Positions 17,564-27,815 of a stretch of 64,000 nucleotides of DNA are shown one piece after another (positions within the stretch are counted from its first letter, which is position 1; each line of letters opens with the position of its first letter). Made by a program: the position numbers and the translations under genes. The DNA is taken from sequence record PV467749.1; one strand, given 5' to 3'. The DNA is from a phage. Below the pieces are notes generated by a model. It did not search any database and was not told where the DNA came from. It saw only the letters and a program-made list of their open reading frames with translations.

Positions 17564-18241
17564 TTACTTTATATAACCTTCACTCTTTAGAAAGTTCAGT
17601 ACACGCTCTTTGAGTTTGTATGCTTCAGCTTTCTTTTCAGCGATGATGATATCTAAATCTTTTGCTTCATCGTACTTCGACTCATTCAGAACACGTTGAC
17701 GTTTCTGTGCAGCCTTCAATGCTTCGGTAATTACATTGGTGTATTGTAAACCGGAACTGATGATACCAAGAACTTTTGCATCTGTCAACATTCTTCCTTC
17801 GTTGAGAAGGTTTACTAGTGTTAGTGCAGCTTCATACATCATAATATTATTCATGATAACTTGAGAACTATGATTACATTTAACACTGTATACTTTTGTT
17901 GATTTAGTACCTTGAATTTTTTCTTCTACTAAACTCCAGTTAGTTTTAGGTTTAGCAGGTGCACGTTGTACAACAGGTTGTGCTAGTTGGTGACCAAGCA
18001 TGTGTTCATTGTATGGGGCGTGGAATGGAACAACATGTGGATGTGTCTGTTCTGGATCAACACCATAATTCATACCAGCTTCATTTAATGATGTCAAAAT
18101 GTCGGTCATTGCACCGATATCACCACCTGACTTGTAAGGAACACCAGACGCATTATGGGTTGCACCAGCTTCAATGTCATTCAAACCGCTTAACAAATCA
18201 GCCATCTGATTAACTGATTGTTGATCGTACTCGTAATTCAT
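17564..18241 (-). CDS. hypothetical protein
   Basis: 225-aa ORF. Confidence 0.45.
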   Translation of the reverse strand: MNYEYDQQSVNQMADLLSGLNDIEAGATHNASGVPYKSGGDIGAMTDILTSLNEAGMNYGVDPEQTHPHVVPFHAPYNEHMLGHQLAQPVVQRAPAKPKTNWSLVEEKIQGTKSTKVYSVKCNHSSQVIMNNIMMYEAALTLVNLLNEGRMLTDAKVLGIISSGLQYTNVITEALKAAQKRQRVLNESKYDEAKDLDIIIAEKKAEAYKLKERVLNFLKSEGYIK

Positions 18242-18456
18242 TTATTACTCCTAACAGTTGAATACTCTTCAGTACCGTCATCTTTCTCAACAATATTTAG
18301 GACTCCACGAGATACCATTTTATCCGCTAGTTCCTGATAGTATTCGTTTACTTTTTCAACTGGCACGGAACCTCGTGCCTTAATTTTCTGTAATAGTCGA
18401 TATTCTTCGTTGGAAACCATAGTGTTGTGACCATGAACATTAGGTACAGTTCTCAT
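18238..18456 (-). CDS. hypothetical protein (72 aa)
   Basis: Small ORF with start/stop overlaps typical of translational coupling. Confidence 0.35.
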   Translation of the reverse strand: MRTVPNVHGHNTMVSNEEYRLLQKIKARGSVPVEKVNEYYQELADKMVSRGVLNIVEKDDGTEEYSTVRSNK

Positions 18457-19418
18457 TATCGGCCTCGCATACGGTGACAGAAATCAATGATTTGATCTAC
18501 CATCTCATCATTCTCTTGTTGTGCAGAGTTTGCCATTACACTTTCATCACCATAGATATCATCTTCTTTTTCGATATCAGCGATTGCATGAATCATTTCA
18601 CCCATACCTGGTGCGTGTTGTGTTAGTGGAGATGGTGAATTTGGATTACCGTCTGGTTCCATACCAGGCTCACCCATCACTTCACTATTAATTTCTTGTG
18701 GTGATTTCTCTTCACGAATTGTAGTACTTTGATTTTGATTGTCAACTGGAGTTACATCATCCAAAGGGAAAACATTCAATTCGTTTGGCTTAGTGCCACT
18801 TTTAGTTACTACTAAAGATTGCTGTGGGTTTTGTCCAGCATCGATACCAACAACAGGTTCAATTGAATCAGTACCGCTTTGATTCCCAGGGACGCTAACT
18901 TTAATGTTATTAGCATTACGTTGTAGTTCTGCTTGTTTAAGTTTAGCTTGGGTTTGTGGGTTCACTTGCTGTTGTTGCTGTGACACATTCATTTTAGCAA
19001 TCTGTGTAGATTTTAATTGATTTTCTGGATTTTCCAAATTAGAGGATAAATCTTCAAACACAATAGTTTTTAATTCTTGAATACTCAACTTAGAAACATC
19101 AGAGTATGTGAAGTTACTTTTGTATGCTTCAACTAAGTCTTTCATTGTCATAGAATCAACTGTCTTATGCCAATCAGAACTTTCAACAATATGTTTAGTT
19201 ACATTATCAGTACTGAAATATGAGAAACTTTCGCTCATTTGTGCTTTGTACTTTTGTAGAATTTGAAAAATTTCACGGTTATCTGAATTATCCATAGCGG
19301 CATTTAGTGTGATGAAATCACCCGCATCCATATTATCCAGTACAACAGAAACATCAACATTCAAATTATGTGCGTCAGCAAACTTCTGTAGCTCCGCTGC
19401 TGTTTGGTTTATATTCAT
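18456..19418 (-). CDS. hypothetical Q/N-rich protein
   Basis: 320-aa ORF with GGAG RBS; preceded by late-promoter-like motif. Confidence 0.45.
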   Translation of the reverse strand: MNINQTAAELQKFADAHNLNVDVSVVLDNMDAGDFITLNAAMDNSDNREIFQILQKYKAQMSESFSYFSTDNVTKHIVESSDWHKTVDSMTMKDLVEAYKSNFTYSDVSKLSIQELKTIVFEDLSSNLENPENQLKSTQIAKMNVSQQQQQVNPQTQAKLKQAELQRNANNIKVSVPGNQSGTDSIEPVVGIDAGQNPQQSLVVTKSGTKPNELNVFPLDDVTPVDNQNQSTTIREEKSPQEINSEVMGEPGMEPDGNPNSPSPLTQHAPGMGEMIHAIADIEKEDDIYGDESVMANSAQQENDEMVDQIIDFCHRMRGR

Positions 19419-19460
19419 AATTACTCCATATAAAATAAAAAAGACCTCTGTCTTGCTTTA

Positions 19461-19471
19461 TGATATTTATC
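19461..19471 (-). promoter_or_regulatory. late-promoter-like motif GATAAATATCA
   Basis: T4 late-promoter-like ATAAATA core ~45 nt upstream of ATG 19418. Confidence 0.3.
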
Positions 19472-19475
19472 ACAA

Positions 19476-19868
19476 TTAAGAAAAGGTCTGTTTGCTGATG
19501 CTAATATTTGTATCATTACCTGTTGTGATAAATTTTGTAATTCTTTTACCATTTAATTCTGTCGGTAAAACTAATGGTATTCCATTCAAACGCAAGTCAA
19601 CATCCATTGGTATTGCGAATTTGAAAGTACTAAGAGTACATTTACCCCATGAAACTGGAAGATTATAGAAAGATGCGTTGTTATCTTTATATAGATCTAC
19701 TTCAGTTTTTACTACACTTACCATCATGGGATAATCATGTGCCATAATAGCCTCCAACAATCTCGACAAATTCATAGCACCAGTGAACTTAGAATCGATG
19801 ATTGTTGGAGTTGTACCATCACCTATATCTACAACAGTATTAATTGTGTAGAAAGTATATGGTTTCAT
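19476..19868 (-). CDS. hypothetical protein
   Basis: 130-aa ORF. Confidence 0.45.
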   Translation of the reverse strand: MKPYTFYTINTVVDIGDGTTPTIIDSKFTGAMNLSRLLEAIMAHDYPMMVSVVKTEVDLYKDNNASFYNLPVSWGKCTLSTFKFAIPMDVDLRLNGIPLVLPTELNGKRITKFITTGNDTNISISKQTFS

Positions 19869-20059
19869 TCCTTATCCTTATTTTTAGTCTCAACAACTTT
19901 ATATCCAAAGAAATTTGTAGGAGGCATTCTTCGAAGTAATGGGTAATTTAATCCAGTACTGACTGATGCTACTGCACCTGCTGATGTTGCACCAGCAGAA
20001 GCATTTTCTTTTAGTTTAGTTTTCTTCTTCATATCAATTCCCTTTATTACGTTTTTCAT
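19865..20059 (-). CDS. hypothetical small protein
   Basis: ORF 19865..20062; start uncertain (TTG/ATG). Confidence 0.3.
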   Translation of the reverse strand: MKNVIKGIDMKKKTKLKENASAGATSAGAVASVSTGLNYPLLRRMPPTNFFGYKVVETKNKDKE

Positions 20060-20306
20060 CAAGTGCTATGTTCTCCAAGCCCTTCTGAAACTTTTTATAA
20101 TCTCGGTTCTTAATACTAAGAAATAAACGTTTCTTCAAATCTTCAGCATCAGTTTGGTTAAATTCATCTTCGATACTCTCCAATAAATGAATAACAGAGT
20201 TGATTGCATGATCTGCACGATTACCAAAACTCTGTAATGTATCTTTCTCTGGTGTATAGTCAACTATACTATCAAGTAGATTCTTTTTATTGGATTTACT
20301 AGACAT
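20034..20306 (-). CDS. hypothetical protein
   Basis: 90-aa ORF directly downstream of the helicase gene. Confidence 0.4.
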   Translation of the reverse strand: MSSKSNKKNLLDSIVDYTPEKDTLQSFGNRADHAINSVIHLLESIEDEFNQTDAEDLKKRLFLSIKNRDYKKFQKGLENIALDEKRNKGN

Positions 20307-20309
20307 TCA

Positions 20310-21830
20310 TTATTTCCTTTGATTTAACCATTGCTTCATTGCATTTACACGATCAGTACCAATGTGAGGCTGTTGAGGCTGGGATTCAGTTTGTGTAGAA
20401 GTGATTGGATCACTATCTGTATTTAGTGTTACGCTTTCAACACTCGGTGTAGTGCTTGGTTTAGGAGCACCAGAAAGCGTATGACGCAGTGTTTGCATTG
20501 TACTTGGTGGCATTGCCATGTTACCACCGCCGACCTTAGAGATGCCACTGTGACGGAATCCTGACCCATCAGTTTCGAATTGTTGGATTGTGGTTGCGTG
20601 GTCTAGTACACGAAGTGAATCGATATCATATGACATACGCAAACGTGAACCAACTGCACTACTGTTACGTGTTTTCTGGAAGTCAAACCAAAGTTCGCCA
20701 GTTTCTTTACGTGCTTCAATGTAGATAACGTTATCCGCAGTATAGATTTTAGAAATACCACCAGCAATCTGACTTTGACTTTTCTTATCTTCATCCATAC
20801 CACTACGGTTAAACTGTGACGCAGTGAAGACGGTCAAATCCATTTTGGTTGCTAGTGCACGCAATTCTTCAGATACAAATTTATCTTTTGTAAATGTATT
20901 AGATTTATCATTAGGACCAAGACGATTTGATGTTAATAGGTCAAGGTAGTCCACACAAACATAATCTAATTTGACTTCCATTTTAATTTGCAATTCACGA
21001 AGATAACTTTCAATATCATCAGTGGTTGTTACGGATTCTGGTAAACGTTTAATACGCAATATACCACTATCCTTGCCTTCCATTTGAACTCGTAGACCAA
21101 TCTTTTCAGCTTCGTTCTTAACGTTACTTAGCTTAGATTCAGTCATCATACCATAGATACGAACGGCTACCAACTCTTCTGCTAGTTCTAGTGAAATGTA
21201 TGCACCATTCATACCAGCCTTAGCAAAGTTAACTGCTAAGTTCTGTAGTACTACTGATTTACCACCACCAGACGCGGCTGCAAAGATTTCAAGTTCACGG
21301 CGACCAAAACCACCGAATAGTTTATAGTCAAGGGTTTCCCATCCACTCTTGAATGAACCTTGCATAGTGCTCAATGAACGAATGGTATCTTCTGGATTTT
21401 CAAAGATATCAAGACCCAACTCATTCTGTACAGATACTAACATAGCTTCACGAATGAGTTCTTCGATGCCACCATATTTTTTCTGATGTACTAATTCCAT
21501 ACCTTTCTCTACTGCTAGAGCTAGAGCTTTGTGACGGCAAAACTCACTACAGGTATCCAGTACTGCCTGTTTATGAAGTTCTTGTACTTCATAATGATCA
21601 TACTGATAACCACCTTTCACTTCGATATCTTTCAGTGTAGGGGATGAACTATATTTTGCTGCATAATCATGAACGTACTGAATACTTTCATGAAATGTTT
21701 TATCAAAATATTCTGGCTTTAGAATATTTTTACAACGTACAAATAAATCTGGATTACTGAAAACTTGGGATAGTAAGTATTGTTGTGCATTAATCCCATA
21801 CTGTTTGACGTCCACTGTGCTTTGAATCAT
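20310..21830 (-). CDS. DnaB-family replicative helicase (gp41-like)
   Basis: 506 aa; RecA-like core with Walker A AAASGGGKSVVLQNLA; adjacent to primase. Confidence 0.8.
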   Translation of the reverse strand: MIQSTVDVKQYGINAQQYLLSQVFSNPDLFVRCKNILKPEYFDKTFHESIQYVHDYAAKYSSSPTLKDIEVKGGYQYDHYEVQELHKQAVLDTCSEFCRHKALALAVEKGMELVHQKKYGGIEELIREAMLVSVQNELGLDIFENPEDTIRSLSTMQGSFKSGWETLDYKLFGGFGRRELEIFAAASGGGKSVVLQNLAVNFAKAGMNGAYISLELAEELVAVRIYGMMTESKLSNVKNEAEKIGLRVQMEGKDSGILRIKRLPESVTTTDDIESYLRELQIKMEVKLDYVCVDYLDLLTSNRLGPNDKSNTFTKDKFVSEELRALATKMDLTVFTASQFNRSGMDEDKKSQSQIAGGISKIYTADNVIYIEARKETGELWFDFQKTRNSSAVGSRLRMSYDIDSLRVLDHATTIQQFETDGSGFRHSGISKVGGGNMAMPPSTMQTLRHTLSGAPKPSTTPSVESVTLNTDSDPITSTQTESQPQQPHIGTDRVNAMKQWLNQRK

Positions 21831-21856
21831 TTATGTTCCCTCATTTATATCCTGTG

Positions 21857-22912
21857 TTACATCCACTTATCCGTTTGTGCTTTAATATAGAAAGGCTCGT
21901 CAACTATACTATCATGTATCAGTTGTAAACAAAATAATCTTCCAAATCTAGCACATGCTTCGTCAAAATCTTTAATGTGACGTATAGTACTTCCAACACG
22001 TACTGCCCCAAAATCTGGGAAAGAAACACTAAATCCATATTCTAGTGCTTGTTCGATTGTTTGTAATCCATCCTTATCACGGTCTGGTACGATAACAATC
22101 TTTTTACCTTTTTCTTGTGCAGCTTTAAGTACATCTATTTGTACTGCTGACAATTTAAAGTTATTTGCAGAAACACCACCCATTAGTGCTGCATCCATTG
22201 GACCTTCACAAACTAATATAGTTTTAATTCGTTCATCTTGTAACAGATCATAATTATATAGAATATTAGTACTGACCTGATTAATAAAACGATAGGTACT
22301 TCCTGGGTCTTTAAGTTTGTGTCTAGCAGTATATCCGATAATTTTACCGTTCATAACGTATGGTATGATAAATCGGTCATACATTTTATGTTCTTTAGCT
22401 GGACTCCAATACAATTCTAAATCTAATAGATATGGATTTCGCTCATTCACATGATTCAGAACACTAATAAATTCTTGTGGTATTTGCTCTTCTGGTAACG
22501 ATGCCCATTCCCAGAATGTTTTTGAGTTCGGTGGTAATTCACGAACAGTTACACGTTGATATAGTTTAGATGCAGTAGTTTCTTGTTCTGCAAAGTCTCC
22601 ACTATCAACCATTTCTTTAATGTAAAATTTAGCTAGTTCTATTTCCTTATCCTGTGCACCAAAAGAAATGAGCAAAGACTCCATATCTTTGCTCATATAT
22701 TTTCCAGGTTGCCACCCAGTTTTTAGACTACAGTTAAAACAGTTATAAGAAACAGAACCATCTGCGTTAAACATATGATTGCCGCGATTTTTAGTATCGG
22801 GGCGTGAATGACCACGGAACACACAAGCAGGACAATTGTGATGTGTCCACATACCAATTCCTGGTACTGGGTCATTCATGATTTGTGCCATGATGTTTTG
22901 TACAGCGTTCAT
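21857..22912 (-). CDS. DNA primase (gp61-like, zinc ribbon + Toprim)
   Basis: 351 aa; Cys/His zinc-binding cluster (NCPACVFRGH...CFNC) and Toprim motifs (CEGPMDA, VPDRDKDG). Confidence 0.8.
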   Translation of the reverse strand: MNAVQNIMAQIMNDPVPGIGMWTHHNCPACVFRGHSRPDTKNRGNHMFNADGSVSYNCFNCSLKTGWQPGKYMSKDMESLLISFGAQDKEIELAKFYIKEMVDSGDFAEQETTASKLYQRVTVRELPPNSKTFWEWASLPEEQIPQEFISVLNHVNERNPYLLDLELYWSPAKEHKMYDRFIIPYVMNGKIIGYTARHKLKDPGSTYRFINQVSTNILYNYDLLQDERIKTILVCEGPMDAALMGGVSANNFKLSAVQIDVLKAAQEKGKKIVIVPDRDKDGLQTIEQALEYGFSVSFPDFGAVRVGSTIRHIKDFDEACARFGRLFCLQLIHDSIVDEPFYIKAQTDKWM

Positions 22913-22941
22913 AATTTAATCCTTGTTATTTCTCACAAATG

Positions 22942-22969
22942 ATTATAGCACAAACACTTGTTTTGTCTC
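22942..22969 (-). promoter_or_regulatory. sigma70-like promoter GAGACA-N16-TGCTATAAT upstream of primase
   Basis: Plus attatagca at 22942-22950 and tgtctc at 22964-22969. Confidence 0.45.
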
Positions 22970-23945
22970 ACCTGCGAATCAAAATTTTAGGAACTGACAG
23001 TAGTGGGTCATAGACTTTTCTTACTGCCGCATAGTCATAAGGAACTGGAACGATCTTAGGATGAATACAAACAACCAATCGCAACCACATGTAATTACCT
23101 TTAAAATTAAATGCTTGAATCCCATCTAACGCTTTAGGGAATCCATTTTCATCAATATCATTTTCGATATATTCTTTACCATCCAATTTAACAATAAACC
23201 ATTTATAGTTTTCGTTATCAGTTGGTGCGTTATTACACAAACATCCTTGTAATTGAATTCTACCAATGAATTTATCAAAGTACATTGCAATAGTACTAAG
23301 ACCATCAACTAATCCGTACTGCATTTGTGCAGGAAGGGGAGATGTTGCCATTATATCAAATTCACCAATAACGCCACGAGCGATTGGTTCATGATACAAG
23401 CGTTTGATGGTAGTCCATGCTGGGTTTTTATTAACAGATACTTCAATACTTGGCACAAACACAGGAGCAGCTTGGTCGGAAATGATCAATTCAGCAGAGG
23501 CTTCATAATCAAGACCAGTGTATAAGTACTGTGTAGGTTCAATCAAGGAACCATCCATTGTTACTTTAGTAATACTCCATCTATATTTTGAACCAGGACT
23601 AGTATCCTGAATTACACCAGCAGGAACAATACATCCATAATATACTTTTTTACTATTGCCTAATGTTTGTCTTGCTTGTCCACTTTCTGATAGCCATGAT
23701 GGTTTTTGTTTATCCAAAACTACATCGAATAATTTAGTATTGTTTCTAGCATCAAAAATCATGAATGTTAGATATTCGTTATCTTTTAGTAATGTATATT
23801 TTCCATCAGCGTTATGCACTGTGAATGATAAATTGTTATTTGCACCTCTGTATATTGTAAGTTTCTCATTGCTATATGGCATATTAAAATTGCCCAATGA
23901 TACTTCTTGGTTATAAGGGTACATAAACACGCCGTGATGAGCCAT
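22968..23945 (-). CDS. hypothetical protein
   Basis: ORF 22968..24179 trimmed to ATG at 23945 (MAHHGVFMYPY...) with GGAAGGA RBS; the extension is low-complexity. Confidence 0.5.
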   Translation of the reverse strand: MAHHGVFMYPYNQEVSLGNFNMPYSNEKLTIYRGANNNLSFTVHNADGKYTLLKDNEYLTFMIFDARNNTKLFDVVLDKQKPSWLSESGQARQTLGNSKKVYYGCIVPAGVIQDTSPGSKYRWSITKVTMDGSLIEPTQYLYTGLDYEASAELIISDQAAPVFVPSIEVSVNKNPAWTTIKRLYHEPIARGVIGEFDIMATSPLPAQMQYGLVDGLSTIAMYFDKFIGRIQLQGCLCNNAPTDNENYKWFIVKLDGKEYIENDIDENGFPKALDGIQAFNFKGNYMWLRLVVCIHPKIVPVPYDYAAVRKVYDPLLSVPKILIRR

Positions 23946-24002
23946 AGTTTTTCCTTCCATAAATAATAGGTATAAATTTATACTAATATTTATGGAACTC
24001 AT

Positions 24003-24356
24003 ATGAATCAATATAATACTATTCCACCATTTATCACGGTAGTTCAGTGTGATGGTAAAACTTTCATTGGTATTATCAAGATAAAAAGTAAACAGTATAC
24101 TACTCTTTACTGCTTTGATGATATGGATGAACCAATGCAAGATGAATTGTTGGGTATAGCACATGATTGGTGGTGGCAAAGCAACAGGTCAATTCCAGTC
24201 TGTCTATTCTTCCAAGAAGAGATGGAGAAATTTGAACCTTACACACAGAGATTCGATACCCCTGCGGTGAATTTCGTTTGTGGTCCAGTAGTTTCTTTAA
24301 GTGATTTGCCACAAAAACGCATCAAGCGTCGTAATGTGGCTCTTAAGAAGAAGTAA
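24003..24356 (+). CDS. hypothetical protein (lone plus-strand ORF)
   Basis: 117-aa ORF divergent from 22968..23945; TATAAATT motif upstream; weak RBS. Confidence 0.3.
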   Translation: MNQYNTIPPFITVVQCDGKTFIGIIKIKSKQYTTLYCFDDMDEPMQDELLGIAHDWWWQSNRSIPVCLFFQEEMEKFEPYTQRFDTPAVNFVCGPVVSLSDLPQKRIKRRNVALKKK

Positions 24357-24981
24357 GATGTTCAACTAAAGCGTTAAGTTGAACTACAATCATTAAGCTG
24401 TATGCATAAGCATGTGGCTTTTTGAAATATCGTAACTTATTTCCTGCTTGGTCTGTGCCAATAGTACTGTAATCCCATATAGTGGATTCAACTTCACTCC
24501 ATGTATTCATACTTTGGCACTGCCTTTTTCCAGGACGAATCATTGCAATAAACATTGCAAGTTCATCAATGGATTTAGGTTTCCACACATTTAATAATGT
24601 AACGTGTTTTTTAATCTGTGAAAGATGTTCAACTATTTCTGGTTCTAACAGAAGATCCCAATTAGGTTCCTGATTCATTAGTTCTTTTAAATGTGCTCTA
24701 TCACGAACATACTGGTAAGCCGATTGTGACAGGATATCTACCTTTTGATATCCCAAGCGTTCGGCTTCTTTATATTGTATGCTGGCTAAACCAGTGATAG
24801 GGTCAATTGGTATATTATCAAAATGAACACCACTGTTATGGGGGATTAAACCATCCTCCGTAATTTTTTCTGTACTTCGCACACAAGGAAGCTGTGCAAT
24901 CACTGACTTACTATCTTTAAAGTCAATGTCGATATCTGTTCGTGCTTTACGGTACGAATTAGAATTTGTCGAATCCTGCAT
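24343..24981 (-). CDS. hypothetical protein
   Basis: 212-aa ORF. Confidence 0.45.
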   Translation of the reverse strand: MQDSTNSNSYRKARTDIDIDFKDSKSVIAQLPCVRSTEKITEDGLIPHNSGVHFDNIPIDPITGLASIQYKEAERLGYQKVDILSQSAYQYVRDRAHLKELMNQEPNWDLLLEPEIVEHLSQIKKHVTLLNVWKPKSIDELAMFIAMIRPGKRQCQSMNTWSEVESTIWDYSTIGTDQAGNKLRYFKKPHAYAYSLMIVVQLNALVEHLTSS

Positions 24982-25288
24982 TTTTGATTTGCTCCTGCAA
25001 TTTGTTTACAGTGTTAGATAATTTGGTTACCTGATTTTCTAACATTGTACACTTTTGTTTGGTCTTTGACAACTCTTGACTTAGACCAAAGAATCTTTCC
25101 TCATGTCTTTCAACCATACTGATAATTTTTTCTACACGAACAGGATCGTGCACCTGAAAGGTTTTACCATCAAGTGTAATTTCAGTTATAGAACCCTGTC
25201 TAAGCAATGATAAAGATTTAGATTTATCTGCTTTAGGCACAGGTACATACCCTTCTGGTATTTTATTATATATACTTTTTCCATTCAT
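24959..25288 (-). CDS. hypothetical protein
   Basis: 109-aa ORF, coiled-coil-like C-terminus. Confidence 0.4.
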   Translation of the reverse strand: MNGKSIYNKIPEGYVPVPKADKSKSLSLLRQGSITEITLDGKTFQVHDPVRVEKIISMVERHEERFFGLSQELSKTKQKCTMLENQVTKLSNTVNKLQEQIKNAGFDKF

Positions 25289-25995
25289 AATCCAGCCTCA
25301 CGTAGCATACTTTTTATTTCATCACATTCCTTTTTGTACTTTATAGTTTTAACCTCAAAGTAACTAGGATCAATGTATTTAAGTATATACTCGATTTCAG
25401 AGTTAGAGAGATTCTTGAAAAACTTATTAGTACTTTCTTTTGGTGCTAACCAGATAATCCAAGGTGAAATCTTACCACTCTCAATCCATGCAATTGCACG
25501 GGCAGAACTCACATTGGAAAAAAACTTATTCCACTCCAAGTTCAGATTCTGACCCCATTCCACCATCGCAACAACACTACGGGAAACCGCAGCATTGGGA
25601 GATTCTGAACGAATACAATCTAATATCCATTCATCCTTTGCTTTATAAGTACTCCATTCCATAATAGGACGGTTTCTTACAATTAGACTTTTTACAAAAC
25701 CATCAATATCTAAAATATCACGGTTGTTCAAATAATAAATTGCAAAATCATAAAAATCACTAAAGTACTTTGATTTTATAAAAGCCATTAATGGTTCAAC
25801 TCCCTTCTTGAAAGGGAAATGGTTTAACTCCATGAATTGCATATAAATGCGAAAAGCCTCCCTCATGGGGCGGCTATCACGATCTTCGTAGCGGTCACGT
25901 TTAACACACTTATGTGTGTTAACTGTGTCTTCGCGTTTAAATTCTTTATCACAGAACTTACATTTGTATACGGGACTACTTGATTTCTTTGCCAT
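25285..25995 (-). CDS. hypothetical protein with N-terminal C2HC-type zinc finger
   Basis: 236 aa; CKFCDKEF...HKC near the N-terminus. Confidence 0.45.
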   Translation of the reverse strand: MAKKSSSPVYKCKFCDKEFKREDTVNTHKCVKRDRYEDRDSRPMREAFRIYMQFMELNHFPFKKGVEPLMAFIKSKYFSDFYDFAIYYLNNRDILDIDGFVKSLIVRNRPIMEWSTYKAKDEWILDCIRSESPNAAVSRSVVAMVEWGQNLNLEWNKFFSNVSSARAIAWIESGKISPWIIWLAPKESTNKFFKNLSNSEIEYILKYIDPSYFEVKTIKYKKECDEIKSMLREAGL

Positions 25996-26821
25996 ATTTC
26001 TTACATTCTTCTTTAAATAATTTCATCATTGATTTCATTTCTTTCTCTTGTAAACCTATGTCTTCAAGGAAAGACTCGAATGTTTTTTTGTTATATTGCA
26101 ACAAAACAATTTTATATTCATCTTCGTTCATTTGAGTTGCGATTGAATCTGGCTGTGTACTTTTAATGAGTTCAAATAATTCATTATTAGCACGCTTAAA
26201 ACTCTTGGAAAAGTTTAACCAGTTTCGTGGCAATTCCTTACCACCCAACATATCATGAACAGAACATAGTAGTTGATATACAAGTTCAGGGTGTTCTTTC
26301 ATATCCCAGAACCCATCATTAACCATATCATTCAACATAATCAACTGATAACGTACAACGTCACTGTCAACCAATGAGATGATCTGTCCACCAGCAATAC
26401 TAAATTCAGTCATTGCTGCAATCAACTTGTTAGCATCATCATTGCTTTGTACGGCAAACTTGATACGCCAATCATAGTCACTGTGACAGTACTTAGTAAC
26501 TGATGTTACATTAACACCAGTGCTATTGAGTTCTTTGACAAGTTCAGTTAGTGCTTCTTTACCACCAGCTTTCCACTTACCAAATACGTTTTCCACTTTA
26601 CTACTAGGGAAAGTCACTTGAAGTGAGTCATCAAGTGAACTTACCCAACGAAGTACAGTATAAGGCGTAAATTCCTTACGCTCATCTTCGGTCATGTCAT
26701 TATAGTATTTGTAATCTGCACGGTCAATATGTTTTAGAAATTCAGCAATAGAAAATGTATGCTGGGTTGGTTTATCGTTTTCGTCTACTGACTTAGCTTT
26801 AATATTACTGAAATCTAACAC
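25976..26821 (-). CDS. hypothetical protein
   Basis: 281-aa ORF. Confidence 0.45.
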   Translation of the reverse strand: MLDFSNIKAKSVDENDKPTQHTFSIAEFLKHIDRADYKYYNDMTEDERKEFTPYTVLRWVSSLDDSLQVTFPSSKVENVFGKWKAGGKEALTELVKELNSTGVNVTSVTKYCHSDYDWRIKFAVQSNDDANKLIAAMTEFSIAGGQIISLVDSDVVRYQLIMLNDMVNDGFWDMKEHPELVYQLLCSVHDMLGGKELPRNWLNFSKSFKRANNELFELIKSTQPDSIATQMNEDEYKIVLLQYNKKTFESFLEDIGLQEKEMKSMMKLFKEECKKYGKEIK

Positions 26822-26823
26822 TA

Positions 26824-27321
26824 TTACACTCCTAGATACAAATCTTGAATTTTCTCGTTCTCATCTGCAAAGTAAACACAAGGTGGATTATCACCACTGT
26901 GCAGAGGAACACATAGTAAGTTCTTCTTAGGCAGCATAGGGATCTGCCACTTAGTAGTGAGTGCGAATACACGCAGTACTTTTACAGGTTCAAACTTAGG
27001 ATACATCGAACGGATTGGATTGTAAACAAAAGCTTTAGGTTCTTTCATATTAAGAATGTTTTCAATGGTACACATCTCAACCATACCCGTCTCTTCATCA
27101 CCCAACATGATTTGCCAACCCAATGGTACTTGGATAATCTTTTCACCAATCTGCAAATCAGCACTGATACTATTAAATGATACAGTGTTCAAAATGTGGC
27201 GAAAATAAAAGTCAGAGTCACCGTTTGGACTCAAATCTAAAACACAATACATTTCTGATGGAATGTGTTCAGTTACTAAATCCATATCAAATGAATTATT
27301 TTCTGGGGTTAATACGTTCAT
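26824..27321 (-). CDS. hypothetical protein
   Basis: 165-aa ORF. Confidence 0.45.
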   Translation of the reverse strand: MNVLTPENNSFDMDLVTEHIPSEMYCVLDLSPNGDSDFYFRHILNTVSFNSISADLQIGEKIIQVPLGWQIMLGDEETGMVEMCTIENILNMKEPKAFVYNPIRSMYPKFEPVKVLRVFALTTKWQIPMLPKKNLLCVPLHSGDNPPCVYFADENEKIQDLYLGV

Positions 27322-27330
27322 CTCATCTCC

Positions 27331-27759
27331 TTAGTACTGGGAATCTTCATCTTCATCGTAGTAATCTTCTTCATCTTCATCGGATGTACCATAGAATTCA
27401 AGACCATACGTTTCACACATTTCTTGAATCTTATCAACATCGGTATCTAAGTAAGAATCAAAATTACCACTAAGACTAACAACATCAATAAACGTTGTAG
27501 TATCAGTACTTGCATAGATGATATCATATTTTAATGATTCAACTTTCGAGTCAATTCTGGTTTGCAATTCATAGATATTAATCCATGAATTAGTGTCAAT
27601 ATTACATCTCCAAACATTAGTATCGTCAGTTTCTAGTTCAGGTATATAGTCAAGTGAAGATACCATGTCATCCATAATACCATCATCATTCAACAATACA
27701 TCAATTACATCTAACGTTTCTTGGTCACAGATAAAAGCAATACTAGATCTTAATTCCAT
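27331..27759 (-). CDS. hypothetical acidic protein
   Basis: 142 aa; preceded by CATGATATAATG promoter-like 12-mer at 27794-27805. Confidence 0.45.
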   Translation of the reverse strand: MELRSSIAFICDQETLDVIDVLLNDDGIMDDMVSSLDYIPELETDDTNVWRCNIDTNSWINIYELQTRIDSKVESLKYDIIYASTDTTTFIDVVSLSGNFDSYLDTDVDKIQEMCETYGLEFYGTSDEDEEDYYDEDEDSQY

Positions 27760-27815
27760 TTTTATTTTACTTCCTTGTTGTTGTCATACGACACATTATA
27801 TCATGTACAGCGGGA

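Noticed and set aside
23946-24179. Long N-terminal extensions of ORFs 22968..24179 and 55627..58032 (and similar cases)
   Set aside because: The extensions are low-complexity and lack an RBS, while internal ATGs have good RBSs and conserved-looking N-termini; starts were trimmed.
24343-24981. Local resemblance of the 212-aa ORF to DNA polymerase III alpha motifs (RPG and KxHxxAYA-like)
   Set aside because: Motif spacing is far shorter than in DnaE, catalytic residues are absent, and the phage already has a family B polymerase; probably chance similarity. Left as hypothetical.
26824-27321. Possible Hint/intein-like start (YCVLD...FRHIL) in the 165-aa ORF
   Set aside because: Only a short pattern with no downstream intein blocks and no host extein; not supported.
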